Assembly: GCA_963762255.1 (NCBI GenBank)
Contig: CAVXKA010000002.1
Location: 1,216,001 to 1,280,000, forward strand
Direction: 5' to 3'
From: Candidatus Eiseniibacteriota bacterium
GTDB lineage: Bacteria > Eisenbacteria > RBG-16-71-46 > JABDJR01
Length of the DNA stretch: 64,000 nucleotides
Below are positions 35,757-45,292 of this stretch, piece after piece. The notes below the pieces were generated by a model. The model was not told the DNA's origin, searched no databases, and was given only the letters and a program-made list of their open reading frames with translations. The stretch's first letter is position 1. The number at the start of each line of letters is the position of its first letter. The translations under genes were made by a program, and so were the position numbers.

Positions 35757-35809
35757 TGGACCTCCCGTGAAGATCTCAAGGCATCAGAACTGTAAGGGGC
35801 CTGCGGGCC

Positions 35810-37660
35810 TCATACCCAGCGGACGCCGAGAATGAGGAGGATGGCCACGACAACCATCATCAACCCTTCACCGGCGATAAGGCCCGATGCAAGCGATGCA
35901 CCGTACCTATCCACCGCATCGGGGTTCCTGCTCTTGTAGATGCTCGTGAGCAACGCGCCCAGCCACATGGCCATGGCCGAGTACGGGGTGACCATGAACG
36001 CGATGCCGAGCGCTATCGGAGAAGGCAGCCACTTGGCCAAGCGCTTGACCTTGGCGAGGAGCGGTATCAGCACGCCGACGACGGCCCCGACCAAGGCGGC
36101 AGGCATCGCGCCCGCGGGCAACGAGGAGAGCCCCTTGGCCAGCACTTCGGCCATGGCGTACCAGGCGCTGACCGCCGGGCCCGAGAAATCCTCCCCGGGA
36201 ATGACGTAAGCCGCCGTCAGCAGACGATAGACCGCGGCTGCCGTGAACACACCGACTACGACCCCGAAGAGCTGCGCGATCACCTGCCGACGGATCGACA
36301 CTTTCAGGACGTACCCCGCCTTGAGATCGTGCATGAGATCGCCCGCCTGGCTTGCGCCCGCGGCGGTCATACCGGCGGCCATGAGATTGGTCGGAATCCT
36401 CCCCGGATCGAGTGCGCCGTATACGGCCTGGGTGACCTTCCCCATCGCACCGACAGGATTGATGTCGGTCTCACCGGTCGCGCGCACGGCGATGCTGGCG
36501 ATGACGAACGACAAGAGCACGGCAACCACGCCCATCCAGATCGCTATTCCGAAATAGAGGTGAGCCAGCACCGTCGACAGCGTCGTCGCGAAGACCATCC
36601 CTACCGCCCACCACTTCATGGGGAAGGGGTCCGGCGCGTCATCCTCGTCCTCCGTAACCTGGGCCTTCTGGCCCTTGAGCAGCCTCTTGAACGAAGAGAA
36701 CGTGTGGCCGATGACCTTGTACTGCATTCCAAGGCTGGTGAACCCGGCGGTGACCATGCAGGCCACGCCGGGCCAGAGCACCCAGCGGAAGGCCGCGTTG
36801 TACACCGCGGCCTCCGTGGTGAAGGTGAGGGTACCGTTGTGGAACAGGATCGGCGCGATGATCCCCCACGCGAGAATCGAACCTCCAAACAGGGACCATC
36901 CCACCTTGGGGCCGACGAGAATGCCGGCACCGATCATCATGGGGGACATGTTGATCCCCATCTTGATCGCGACGAGAGTGATCCCGAGAATGCCCGCCGA
37001 GGTCCATCCGAGATCATCGAGAGAGAAGTTCTCGAACCGGCCCAGACCCAGCGGCTTGACGCTGTAGAGCGCCTTGATCAGGGCGGCAAGAAGCGCTGCG
37101 ACCATGAGAACGCGCGCCTTCTTGACCGCCTCCGCCCCGGAGGCGTACATGGCCTTGATGGTCTCGACCGCGGCGGTGCCGGTGGGATACTTCAACTTCT
37201 CGCGCACGACCATCTGCTTGCGGAGCGGAACGGCGAAGAAGACTCCGAGAAAGGCAACCGAGATCGCCCAGATCACGAGCTGGCCGTAGCTGAGATTGGC
37301 GCCCGTGCCGGGGTTGTTCTTGTAGTACAGCTCCAGAGCGGGAATGCACGCGACAAAGCCCCCCGCGGAAGCCATCGTGCCCGCGGCACTTCCCGCAGTG
37401 GCCGTGATGAGGTTCTCCTTCGCGCCGTATGGGGTCTTGAGGATCCCGGAGAGTCCGCGGAAGAGGGCGAACGAGATGACCGCCGCGGTGATGGAGGCGC
37501 CGAACGTCCAGCCGATCTTCAGACCGATGCAGACGTTGGACGCACCGATGAGGGAACCCACGAACAATCCCGAGATGACCGCGCGAAAGGTCAATTCCGA
37601 TGGAGTGCGCTCGAGGGAAGGCGTTACCCTGGGCTTGCTGGCGACCGTGTCGCGTGTCAT
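35810..37660 (-). CDS. OPT family oligopeptide transporter
   Basis: ELTFRA, GLKIGW, PLRKQMV, YPTGTA, GETDINP, DLMHDLKAG, ASGLIAGE. Confidence 0.92.
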   Translation of the reverse strand: MTRDTVASKPRVTPSLERTPSELTFRAVISGLFVGSLIGASNVCIGLKIGWTFGASITAAVISFALFRGLSGILKTPYGAKENLITATAGSAAGTMASAGGFVACIPALELYYKNNPGTGANLSYGQLVIWAISVAFLGVFFAVPLRKQMVVREKLKYPTGTAAVETIKAMYASGAEAVKKARVLMVAALLAALIKALYSVKPLGLGRFENFSLDDLGWTSAGILGITLVAIKMGINMSPMMIGAGILVGPKVGWSLFGGSILAWGIIAPILFHNGTLTFTTEAAVYNAAFRWVLWPGVACMVTAGFTSLGMQYKVIGHTFSSFKRLLKGQKAQVTEDEDDAPDPFPMKWWAVGMVFATTLSTVLAHLYFGIAIWMGVVAVLLSFVIASIAVRATGETDINPVGAMGKVTQAVYGALDPGRIPTNLMAAGMTAAGASQAGDLMHDLKAGYVLKVSIRRQVIAQLFGVVVGVFTAAAVYRLLTAAYVIPGEDFSGPAVSAWYAMAEVLAKGLSSLPAGAMPAALVGAVVGVLIPLLAKVKRLAKWLPSPIALGIAFMVTPYSAMAMWLGALLTSIYKSRNPDAVDRYGASLASGLIAGEGLMMVVVAILLILGVRWV

Positions 37661-37833
37661 GAAACCTCCGGTTCAAGCATGGCACTTCGTATCCCCGCGC
37701 ATGGGCAGATCTACCGGCGGCCCATTATACGGTCACCGGTCCCAATGGAACACTCCTCTCAGCGCCAGTCGCCCTCTGTTCGGTCACGGGCGCGGGCATT
37801 GTCGCGCCGTCGGCTTTGCATCACAATCGCCGC

Positions 37834-39264
37834 ATGAACTCAGGCACGCATGCCGCGCTCCGCGACTTGTATCGGCGCCGATTCGGTGCCGAACCCGAGC
37901 GGCTGGTTTCTCTTCACGGCGACGCCTCCAGCCGACGTCTCTTCCGCATCTCCGGTGCGGCCGGGTCGGCCATCGGCGTGCACGGCCCGGATCCGCTGGA
38001 GAACCGTGCCTTCCTGTCCTTCTCCCGGACATTCCGCGGTGCCGGGCTTCCTGTGCCCGAGATCTACGGTGACGACGCCGCTGCGGGGGTCTATCTGGAG
38101 GAGGACCTCGGCGACTCGACGCTCTTCGATGTCCTCAGCGCCGGGCGTCAGGGCCCTTCACCGGATGCCGCCACGGTCGCGGGCTATCGGGAAGCGCTGC
38201 GTCTGCTGCCACGGTTCCAGATCGAGGCGGGGCGAAACCTCGATTACACCGTTTGCTATCCACGAGCGAGTTTCGACCGCCAGTCCATGCTCTGGGACCT
38301 GAACTACTTCAAGTACTACTTTCTCAAGTTGGCCGGAATCCCGTTCAGCGAACAGACCCTGGAGGACGATTTCGAGCGCTTCGCCGAGATCCTGCTCTCG
38401 GCTCCCCGCGAGCACTTCCTCTACCGTGATTTTCAATCGCGAAACATCATGATCCGCGACGGCAAGCCATGGTTCATCGACTACCAGGGCGGCCGCCGGG
38501 GAGCGCTCCAATACGACGTTGCATCGATCTTGTTCGACGCGAAGGCCGACCTTCCCTTCGATCTGCGCGACGCCCTGCTCGAGGAGTACCTGCGGGCGGC
38601 CGAGGCGGTCGCGCCTCTCGACCGCGGAGCATTTCTCGCGTCGTATCCGTTTTATGCCTACGTCCGCATATTTCAGGCCCTCGGGGCGTACGGGCTGAGG
38701 GGCTACTACGAGCGTAAGGCGCGTTTCCTGCAGAGCATTCCCTATGCGATCCGAAACCTCGAGCGCCTGTCGATCGCCTCACCCCTTCCCGCCGAGCTTC
38801 CCGCCCTCGCTGAAGTCGTGCGGCGGCTCGTCGGCTCCTCGCGTCTGCGACAGATCGGAAACGCGTCGCTGGGGCTGACCGTGCGCGTGTCGAGCTTCTC
38901 CTATCGCGACGGACTGCCCGACGACGACTCCGGTCATGGGGGTGGATGGGTGTTCGACTGCCGGTTCCTTCCGAACCCCGGCCGAGAAGCCCGCTTTGCG
39001 CCTCTGACCGGCTGCGACGCAGCAGTCGCCGACTACCTGGGGGGCGAGCCGGCCGTGGGGGCATTCCTCGAGAAGGTGAGGGCGTTGGTGGACGATGCGG
39101 TGGACAACTACCGCAGTCGGAATTTCACCGACTTGAGCGTCGCCTTCGGTTGCACAGGCGGTCGCCACCGCTCGGTCTACTGCGCGGAGCGCCTCGCCGA
39201 GCATCTGCGGAGCCGCGCTGTGGCGGTGGAGCTCCGGCATCGGGAAATCGGAGGGGGACCGTGA
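37834..39264 (+). CDS. AmgK-like (APH family) sugar kinase fused to a RapZ C-terminal domain
   Basis: GDASSRR, EDLGD, YRDFQSRN, IDYQ; C-terminal SFSY...FDCRFLPNP...FGCTGGRHRSV. Confidence 0.85.
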   Translation: MNSGTHAALRDLYRRRFGAEPERLVSLHGDASSRRLFRISGAAGSAIGVHGPDPLENRAFLSFSRTFRGAGLPVPEIYGDDAAAGVYLEEDLGDSTLFDVLSAGRQGPSPDAATVAGYREALRLLPRFQIEAGRNLDYTVCYPRASFDRQSMLWDLNYFKYYFLKLAGIPFSEQTLEDDFERFAEILLSAPREHFLYRDFQSRNIMIRDGKPWFIDYQGGRRGALQYDVASILFDAKADLPFDLRDALLEEYLRAAEAVAPLDRGAFLASYPFYAYVRIFQALGAYGLRGYYERKARFLQSIPYAIRNLERLSIASPLPAELPALAEVVRRLVGSSRLRQIGNASLGLTVRVSSFSYRDGLPDDDSGHGGGWVFDCRFLPNPGREARFAPLTGCDAAVADYLGGEPAVGAFLEKVRALVDDAVDNYRSRNFTDLSVAFGCTGGRHRSVYCAERLAEHLRSRAVAVELRHREIGGGP

Positions 39265-39995
39265 AAGCGATGGTGTTCGCGGCCGGCGTCGGGAGCCGAC
39301 TGCGCCCCCTGACCGATCAGGTCCCGAAGGCCCTGATCGAAGTGGACGGTCATCCTCTGCTCGAGCATGTTCTGAACCGGTTGATGCGCTTCGGCGTCGA
39401 CTCCGCAGTGGTCAACGTCCACCATGAGCCGGACCGGATCGAGGCGTTTCTGCTGACGAGTCGCATCGGAATCCCGGTCGCGCTTTCGCGGGAGACCGAG
39501 CTTCTGGATACCGGCGGTGGGTTGAAGCACGCGGCGCCGCTCCTCGCGAGCGGGAACCCCTTCTTCATTCATAACGTGGATGTGCTGAGTGCGATCGACC
39601 TGGGCGCTCTGCTTGCGCAGCACACGGCGAGTGGCGCACTGGCAACGCTGGCGGTCCAGCCGCGACCGGCAGGCCGCGCCTTTCTGTTCGATCGGGGCGG
39701 GCGCCTGGCCGGGTGGGAGGAAGCTCCCGGCGGACGGCGCGAGTGGGCAGGCCCGCCCTCTCCTGATGTCGAGCGACTTGGTTTCTGCGGCATCCACGCG
39801 GCAGGTCCCGCGCTTCTGAGCCGGCTAAGCGAGTGCGGCGCGTTCCCGATCGTGAGCGCCTATCTGCGGCTCGCCCGCGAGGGCGCCAAGATCCAGGCGT
39901 TCCGGGCCGACGGAGTCTTCTGGGCGGACGTCGGCAATCCGGAGAAGCTCAAGGCCGTCCGGCGGCTGGCCGCCGAGGGGCGGTTGCCCGCGTAG
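39261..39995 (+). CDS. Nucleotidyltransferase, MurU-like
   Basis: GTGA overlap; KAMVFAAGVGSRLRPLTD..PKAL, ELLDTGGG, WADVG. Confidence 0.85.
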   Translation: MKAMVFAAGVGSRLRPLTDQVPKALIEVDGHPLLEHVLNRLMRFGVDSAVVNVHHEPDRIEAFLLTSRIGIPVALSRETELLDTGGGLKHAAPLLASGNPFFIHNVDVLSAIDLGALLAQHTASGALATLAVQPRPAGRAFLFDRGGRLAGWEEAPGGRREWAGPPSPDVERLGFCGIHAAGPALLSRLSECGAFPIVSAYLRLAREGAKIQAFRADGVFWADVGNPEKLKAVRRLAAEGRLPA

Positions 39996-40198
39996 CGAGG
40001 CTCAGGGTTCGCGCAGCATGGGACGCGAACGCCTCTTGGCTGGAGCAGGCGTCTACAGCAGACGGACGGGCTCCCAGATCTCCACGACGTGCCTGTGCTG
40101 TGGCGATGGACACGGGCGAGGTGCTCGCCACGAATTGTGCCCACGGTCACAATGTCTTCCATGCGGCGATTATACGTCGCCTCGCATGGTTCATCTCA

Positions 40199-40227
40199 GT
40201 GACTTCATGCGTGGCCTCTGCTATACT
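40199..40227 (+). promoter_or_regulatory. Putative sigma70 promoter
   Basis: GTGACT-N17-TATACT with extended TGn, upstream of the GGGAGG RBS of ORF 40260. Confidence 0.45.
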
Positions 40228-40259
40228 AGAGGTTCTTCTCTGACGATGGGAGGTCAACC

Positions 40260-40916
40260 GTGCGCAGGTCCCGCCTGTTTCTCCCGCTTGTGCTCTTGAG
40301 CATTCTCTCTGTAGCCGAAGCCCGTTCCGGATCGGCCGCAGAAACTCAGTTGGACGTCACCTACTTGGGCACTGCTCAGGGTGAGCTGCGGTCCAAGGTG
40401 AGTATGACTAGTTCGTGGCATAGGTATATTACCTACACCGGGAGCTGGGCCGTCTGGAGCTTCGCAGGGGACTACCGTCGCGAAGGTCCCGGCCAGCCCT
40501 TCGGCATGTACTACAAATTTCAAGTCGTATCACAGGACTCCGCAGACGTCGAAGACCGTACCCCGGAGGGCATCTACAAGTCGAAGATCATCGTGAGACT
40601 GCAGACCGTTCAAGGGGAGCTGAGTCCCGGATCTCCCGTCGCATTCATGGAGCATTACCCCGCGATCAATGAGTACCGATGCTGCCTGCTGGTGGAGGAG
40701 CGTTTCTGGTGGAGAGTCGGATTGGAAATCCAGGAGTTCTGGACGGATGGAACCGATTTCTATCTCAGAGCGGGGGAGGCGCCTGATCAACCCGGGGAGT
40801 GCTTACCCTATGATTGTAGTGACACCGTCTGGTACTCGGACCTTGTGCTGTACACATCGGCGCCCGTATCGACCGAGGCCTCTACTTGGGGCCGCATCAA
40901 GAGCATGATGCGCTAG
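40260..40916 (+). CDS. Secreted hypothetical protein with C-terminal TWGRIK motif
   Basis: Signal peptide and RBS; ends PVSTEASTWGRIKSMMR; looks less GC-rich than its flanks. Confidence 0.7.
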   Translation: MRRSRLFLPLVLLSILSVAEARSGSAAETQLDVTYLGTAQGELRSKVSMTSSWHRYITYTGSWAVWSFAGDYRREGPGQPFGMYYKFQVVSQDSADVEDRTPEGIYKSKIIVRLQTVQGELSPGSPVAFMEHYPAINEYRCCLLVEERFWWRVGLEIQEFWTDGTDFYLRAGEAPDQPGECLPYDCSDTVWYSDLVLYTSAPVSTEASTWGRIKSMMR

Positions 40917-41095
40917 GGTCGGCAATCGGCAAGGAGGTCTCACGGAAGGCGGCTGCACTCGCTTCGAGGCTTGCCCGATGGGAAGAGACCGTGCCTTTGC
41001 TCCCGGGGTGAATGCGCTCTTCGTGTTCACCGAGGATGAGACCACCCTATCACTTTTCGGTTGCCTGCCCGTCTCCCCCGCACGTACGCTGTTAC

Positions 41096-41127
41096 TTCGA
41101 CCGTTGTCTAATTAGACGTCCATCGAA
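41096..41127. promoter_or_regulatory. Palindromic operator, likely the ArsR autoregulation site
   Basis: TTCGA-CCGTT-GTCTAATTAGAC-GTCCA-TCGAA immediately upstream of and overlapping the RBS of the ArsR gene. Confidence 0.65.
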
Positions 41128-41136
41128 GGAACAACT

Positions 41137-41709
41137 ATGAACCCCGACGACCTGCAAACTCTGGTCCAGTTCCTCAAGGCACTGGCCAACGAGAGCCGCC
41201 TCAAGCTGCTCGGATTGCTCGCCGGACAGGAGCGAAGCGTCAAGGAACTGGCGGAGCAGCTCAATCTCAAGGAGCCCACCGTCTCGCACCATCTGGCCCG
41301 GCTCCAGGAACTCGGGCTCGTCGGGATGCGACCCGAGGGCACCACCCACCGCTACCAACTTGAAGCGGGGACCCTCCACCGGCTGTCGCGCGAACTCTTC
41401 ACGCCCACGCACGTGGCATCCATCGCCGACGTCGTGGAGGGCGAGAACTGGGAGCGCAAGGTCCTGCGCACCTATTTCGACGGCGACACCCTCACGGGCA
41501 TTCCGTCCACGCGGAAGAAGCGCGACGTGGTACTGAAGTGGTTCGTCAATCGCTTCGAGCCGGGAGTTCGCTACCCCGAGGCCAAGGTGAACGAGATCAT
41601 CAAGCGCCACCACCCCGACACGGCCACTTTGCGCCGCGAGTTCATCATGACGAAGATGATGGAGCGCAAGAACGGCGTTTACTGGCGGACGGATGGGGCA
41701 CCCGCGTGA
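41137..41709 (+). CDS. ArsR/SmtB family HTH regulator fused to DUF2087
   Basis: KALANESRLKLL...SVKELA...TVSHHLARL; C-terminal IPS.RKKR, YPE..VN, D.ATLRREFI. Confidence 0.9.
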   Translation: MNPDDLQTLVQFLKALANESRLKLLGLLAGQERSVKELAEQLNLKEPTVSHHLARLQELGLVGMRPEGTTHRYQLEAGTLHRLSRELFTPTHVASIADVVEGENWERKVLRTYFDGDTLTGIPSTRKKRDVVLKWFVNRFEPGVRYPEAKVNEIIKRHHPDTATLRREFIMTKMMERKNGVYWRTDGAPA

Positions 41710-41770
41710 GTACCCCCGCAGGGAGCGCGACGGTGGTTGACCCGATCGCCGGCGGTTACCGGGGGCGCGG

Positions 41771-43132
41771 TCAGCCCGCGGACTTCCGGAGATGCTCCCG
41801 CGTCTCCCGCGCCACCAGCCCGCTCAAGAGCAGCAGCCCGATGAGGTTGGGAAGGGCCATGAGACCGTTCATGACGTCGGAGAGCGTCCACACGAAATCG
41901 AGGCTCCGCACCGTGCCGACGAAGGCGGCAATCACGAAGAGCACCCGGTAGGGCATGATCGTCCAGGCCCCAAGAAGGTACTCGATACTCTTCTCCCCGT
42001 AGTAGCTCCAGCCGAGAATGGTGGAGTAGGCGAAGGTGGCCAGCCCAACCGCTACCAGCCAACCGCCCCAGTTTCCTGGGAGCCCCTCACGGAAGGCGAC
42101 CTGGGTGAGGGTGGCCCCGTCCAGCCCCTGGGTCCAGGCGCCGGTGGTCACGATCGTGAGCCCGGTGAAGGTGCAGACCACGATGGTGTCGATGAAGGTC
42201 TGGGTCATCGAGACCAATGCCTGGGTCGTGGGATTCCGCGTCTGGGCGGCGGCGGCGGCAATTCCCGCCGAGCCGAGGCCGGATTCGTTGGAGAAGATGC
42301 CCCGAGCGACCCCGAAGCGGATCCCCTGGGCCACGGTGGCGCCCAGGAACCCGCCCACTGCCGCGGTGGGTGAGAACGCGTCGTGGAAGATGACCGCGAA
42401 GGCGTGGGGAATTGCCGAGGCGTGAAGGATCAGCGCTACTCCCGAGCCGCCCATATAGAGCAGGATCATGACCGGAACGAAGATCCCGGTGAAGCGACCG
42501 ATGGACTTGATCCCGCCCAGGATCACCGCTCCGACCGCCACCGCAAGCGCCACGCCGGTGATCCACATCGGGATGCCGAAGGAGTGCTGCAAGGCGGAGG
42601 CCACCGAGTTCGACTGCACCATGTTCCCGATTCCGAACGCGGCGAAAGCGGCGAAGAGCGCGAAAAGGAACCCGAGAGGCCGGCCCAGCCAGCGCCAGCG
42701 GATGCCCTCGGTGAGGTAATACATCGGCCCGCCGGCTTGCTCGCCCCGGCGGTCCACCGTGCGGAAACGGACCGACAGGAACGCTTCGGAGTACTTGGTG
42801 GCCATCCCCACCAGCCCGGTCATCCACATCCAGAAGAGCGCGCCCGGCCCGCCCGCCGAGATGGCGGTGGCCACGCCAACGATGTTCCCGGTTCCCACCG
42901 TGGCAGCGAGTGCGGTCATGAGAGCCTGGAAGTGGGAGATGTCCCCCTCCGCCCCCTTCTCCTTCCGCACGATGAGTCCCAGGTAGAGGGCATGCCAGAG
43001 CTTGGTGAACTGGATCCCCCGAAGCCGAAGAGTCAGGAAGAGCCCGGTGAGGAGAAGGAGCGGAATGAGGAGCCAGGGTCCCCAGATGAAGCCGGAGGCG
43101 GCGGAGAGGTACTCGGTGAGTCGGGTGAACAC
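41771..43132 (-). CDS. Sodium:alanine/glycine symporter (AGCS family)
   Basis: [60 protein letters not shown]. Confidence 0.95.
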   Translation of the reverse strand: MFTRLTEYLSAASGFIWGPWLLIPLLLLTGLFLTLRLRGIQFTKLWHALYLGLIVRKEKGAEGDISHFQALMTALAATVGTGNIVGVATAISAGGPGALFWMWMTGLVGMATKYSEAFLSVRFRTVDRRGEQAGGPMYYLTEGIRWRWLGRPLGFLFALFAAFAAFGIGNMVQSNSVASALQHSFGIPMWITGVALAVAVGAVILGGIKSIGRFTGIFVPVMILLYMGGSGVALILHASAIPHAFAVIFHDAFSPTAAVGGFLGATVAQGIRFGVARGIFSNESGLGSAGIAAAAAQTRNPTTQALVSMTQTFIDTIVVCTFTGLTIVTTGAWTQGLDGATLTQVAFREGLPGNWGGWLVAVGLATFAYSTILGWSYYGEKSIEYLLGAWTIMPYRVLFVIAAFVGTVRSLDFVWTLSDVMNGLMALPNLIGLLLLSGLVARETREHLRKSAG

Positions 43133-43325
43133 GAGGCGCCTCCTTCCCGTGACGGTCGGCCCGCGCGCCCTCGGTGTGGGCGGACGGATGCACGCGGGGC
43201 ATCCTAAAGGACGCGGGGGGCGCGGCCAAGGGGGAGCAGTGCGCCGTCCGGCGAGTCTACCTGGGCGAGTTCATCCGACGAACCCCGAAGGCTCTCGCTC
43301 TCGGGGTTCTCTGCTAACTGGAAGG

Positions 43326-43342
43326 ACGCGGATAGTCCGCGT
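43326..43342. terminator. Hairpin just outside the island boundary (probable native tRNA 3' trailer/terminator)
   Basis: ACGCGGA-TAG-TCCGCGT; a second inverted repeat GAACCCCGA...TCGGGGTTC at about 43280-43309. Confidence 0.4.
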
Positions 43343-43416
43343 TCTTTGTGACGGCTCCTCGGGCTGATACCTCAGAGTCCGCAGGCCCTGGACATCGCGG
43401 CCCCAAGAGCGATCCA

Positions 43417-43506
43417 CTACCGGCGGCGCCTGCTCCAATAGAAGCCGCCTCCGCCGAACAGCAGGAAGGCCAACAGGATCACTATGATCAACGTTCCAGA
43501 GCTCAT
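43417..43506 (-). CDS. 29-aa single-TM peptide (absent from the ORF track)
   Basis: GAGGAG RBS; MSSGTLIIVILLAFLLFGGGGFYWSRRRR; lies downstream of the CsbD-family gene. Confidence 0.65.
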   Translation of the reverse strand: MSSGTLIIVILLAFLLFGGGGFYWSRRRR

Positions 43507-43571
43507 GTTTCTCCTCGCCAACGGCTGGGCACCCAAATGGTGTCGGCTTCAGCCGAATGATTTGCGACCAG

Positions 43572-43757
43572 CTACCTATCGATCTGTTTGATGGACTTCT
43601 TCACGTCCTTCACCTGACCTTTCACATCATTCACCGCCCCTTCCACCCGGCCCTTGGCCTCGTCCCTCTTGCCCTCCCGCTTGAGCTTGTCATTTCCGGT
43701 CAAGCCACCTACCACCTGCTTGATTGTGCCTTTGCTCTTGTTCATATGCTCACCCAT
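43572..43757 (-). CDS. CsbD family general stress protein
   Basis: KGTIKQVVG.LTGNDKLKREG..DEAKG; AGAGGAG RBS. Confidence 0.9.
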   Translation of the reverse strand: MGEHMNKSKGTIKQVVGGLTGNDKLKREGKRDEAKGRVEGAVNDVKGQVKDVKKSIKQIDR

Positions 43758-43874
43758 GGCACTTCTCCTCTGTTCGTGTGGAATGTGCTCTCGTTCCTCC
43801 GCTCCGAGCAGTCTTCATACGGGACGGCAGGATCTATCCGCAAAGTCCGGTCATCCGAACACATCATTTGATCT

Positions 43875-43997
43875 ACGCAATCTGTGTGCCGACGGCGTGT
43901 TCACTCGCAAGTGCTTGCAGGTACGTTCACTTGGCAAATCGAGTCCGAACCGGGAACGTCCGAAGGCAATCACAATGATGCCGGAGACCATCAGAGT
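43875..43997 (-). promoter_or_regulatory. sigma54 promoter module, copy 1 (upstream of the CsbD-family gene)
   Basis: Minus strand CGGCAC-ACAGA-TTGCG at 43875-43891; ungapped homology to 45293-45415. Confidence 0.65.
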
Positions 43998-44048
43998 GGT
44001 GTTCCTCGCCCGGCTCGGGGGGTCTATGGAACGGCGGCCACCGCCGAC

Positions 44049-44192
44049 GGGCTCCCGCCGTTCCGGAAGAAGGAGCTGATCCGGCTCGTGCTCACCCGCG
44101 CAGAGGTATCGGCGGAGAGCCTCGAGCTCTCGTTCCGAGGGCGGCACCCAGACCCCGAGATCCTGGCGGGCAAAAGAATAGAGCGCGACGGT
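44049..44192 (+). repeat. 144-bp direct repeat of the integrase C-terminal fragment (other copy 47255-47398)
   Basis: 9 mismatches by manual count, 6 of them synonymous in the LPPFRKKELIRLVL frame. Confidence 0.85.
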
Positions 44193-44395
44193 GGTCGATT
44201 GCATCTGCACGAGCCCGATCTGGCAGCGGTAGAGCACCCGGCCGACCCAAACCCCAGTAGATCTAGACCCAAGAGAAACGAGGCGCTCGACCTCGATGTT
44301 TGCTGTCTGGTCGCCATCTACGTCCTGGGACCGGCGCTTGCAACGCCGCCGGAGAGTCGGCGCTATCCGTTGGGTGGGGCGTATGAAGGCCATGA

Positions 44396-44425
44396 GCGTG
44401 ACCACGCCATCGGCCGTGGTCACGC
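44396..44425 (-). terminator. 11-bp perfect hairpin downstream of ORF 44459-45193
   Basis: GCGTGACCACG-N8-CGTGGTCACGC; no U-tract. Confidence 0.35.
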
Positions 44426-44458
44426 CCCGGTTCGATTTCTTGAAGCTGTCCTGCGCAG

Positions 44459-45193
44459 TTATCCCTTACCCTGACCGTGCTTTGCGTTCTTCTTCTGCTG
44501 ACCCCTATCTTGCGGTGCGGGATTGTTCTGTCGATCCCTGTTTTGCGGAGCGGGCTGGTTCTGCCGATTCTTGTACTGCCGACCCTGGTCTGGCGGTGCC
44601 GCATAATGCTGCCGCGTTACGGCCTCACGCGGCTGGTGGCGGTAGTTCCGGGATCGAATCGAATCCTGTTGTCTGGTCGCGCCAGGATAGCGGCTCCCAG
44701 AATAATTCCGCTGGTAAGCCGGCGGCGGTGCGGGAGATGGGATGTACTTGGGGTTCCGCTGATCCCATCCACCTCGACGCGCATCCCAGTCGCGGCCCCA
44801 GTGCTCATTCCAACGTGGCGACGCGTCGGAGCGCCAGGCGCGGAAATAGACCGGTGGCTGACGGTAGTAGCGCACCGGAACGCGTAGTACGAACATTGGC
44901 ACATCGTAAGGGTCTACCAAGTCCCAGGGCCCGTTGTACCAACTGCTCGCATACCAGTTGTCGTCCGCGTAGACCCAGTACAGCCCGTCGTAGAAGAAGT
45001 AGTTCGAATCCTCCTGCGGGGCGTAGTAGACGGGAGAATCCGGCACCAGCACCAGCCTCGGATACCTCGGCACATTGATCCCGATGTTGATACCGGGAAG
45101 TCCGACCTGGACGCTGACCTGAGCGTCAGCTGCGGATACCGCACAAAGCAGCGTTGCCAACGCAATAAGCAAGTAAGACATTCGGTTGCGCAT
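44459..45193 (-). CDS. Exported hypothetical protein, Pro/Tyr/Trp-rich with low-complexity Q/N/R tail
   Basis: CAGGAGG RBS; signal peptide; VSVQVG..INIG, PVYYAP...YFFYDGLYW, WYNGPW. Confidence 0.75.
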   Translation of the reverse strand: MRNRMSYLLIALATLLCAVSAADAQVSVQVGLPGINIGINVPRYPRLVLVPDSPVYYAPQEDSNYFFYDGLYWVYADDNWYASSWYNGPWDLVDPYDVPMFVLRVPVRYYRQPPVYFRAWRSDASPRWNEHWGRDWDARRGGWDQRNPKYIPSPAPPPAYQRNYSGSRYPGATRQQDSIRSRNYRHQPREAVTRQHYAAPPDQGRQYKNRQNQPAPQNRDRQNNPAPQDRGQQKKNAKHGQGKG

Positions 45194-45292
45194 CTTCCTG
45201 TCCTCCTGAATCGATCGTGACAGGGTCGGGGCCTACCGCTTCAGTACTCGATCTCTTGCGCAGCTGGCCCTTCCAGACCCATTGCCTTCTTC

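Noticed and set aside
40000-40250. Short ORFs between the MurU-like gene and the TWGRIK protein
   Set aside because: No RBS or motif support; the region contains a plausible promoter.
43133-43350. Glycine riboswitch upstream of the AGCS symporter
   Set aside because: Could not find the GGAGA/CCGAAG/CTCAGG aptamer motifs in the right orientation; an Rfam scan would settle it.
43851-44423. 190-aa minus ORF with a BON-like VTTADGVVTL snippet, and its apparent similarity to ORF 45233-45658
   Set aside because: The snippet coincides with a DNA hairpin, and the shared peptide similarity is explained by the duplicated promoter module.
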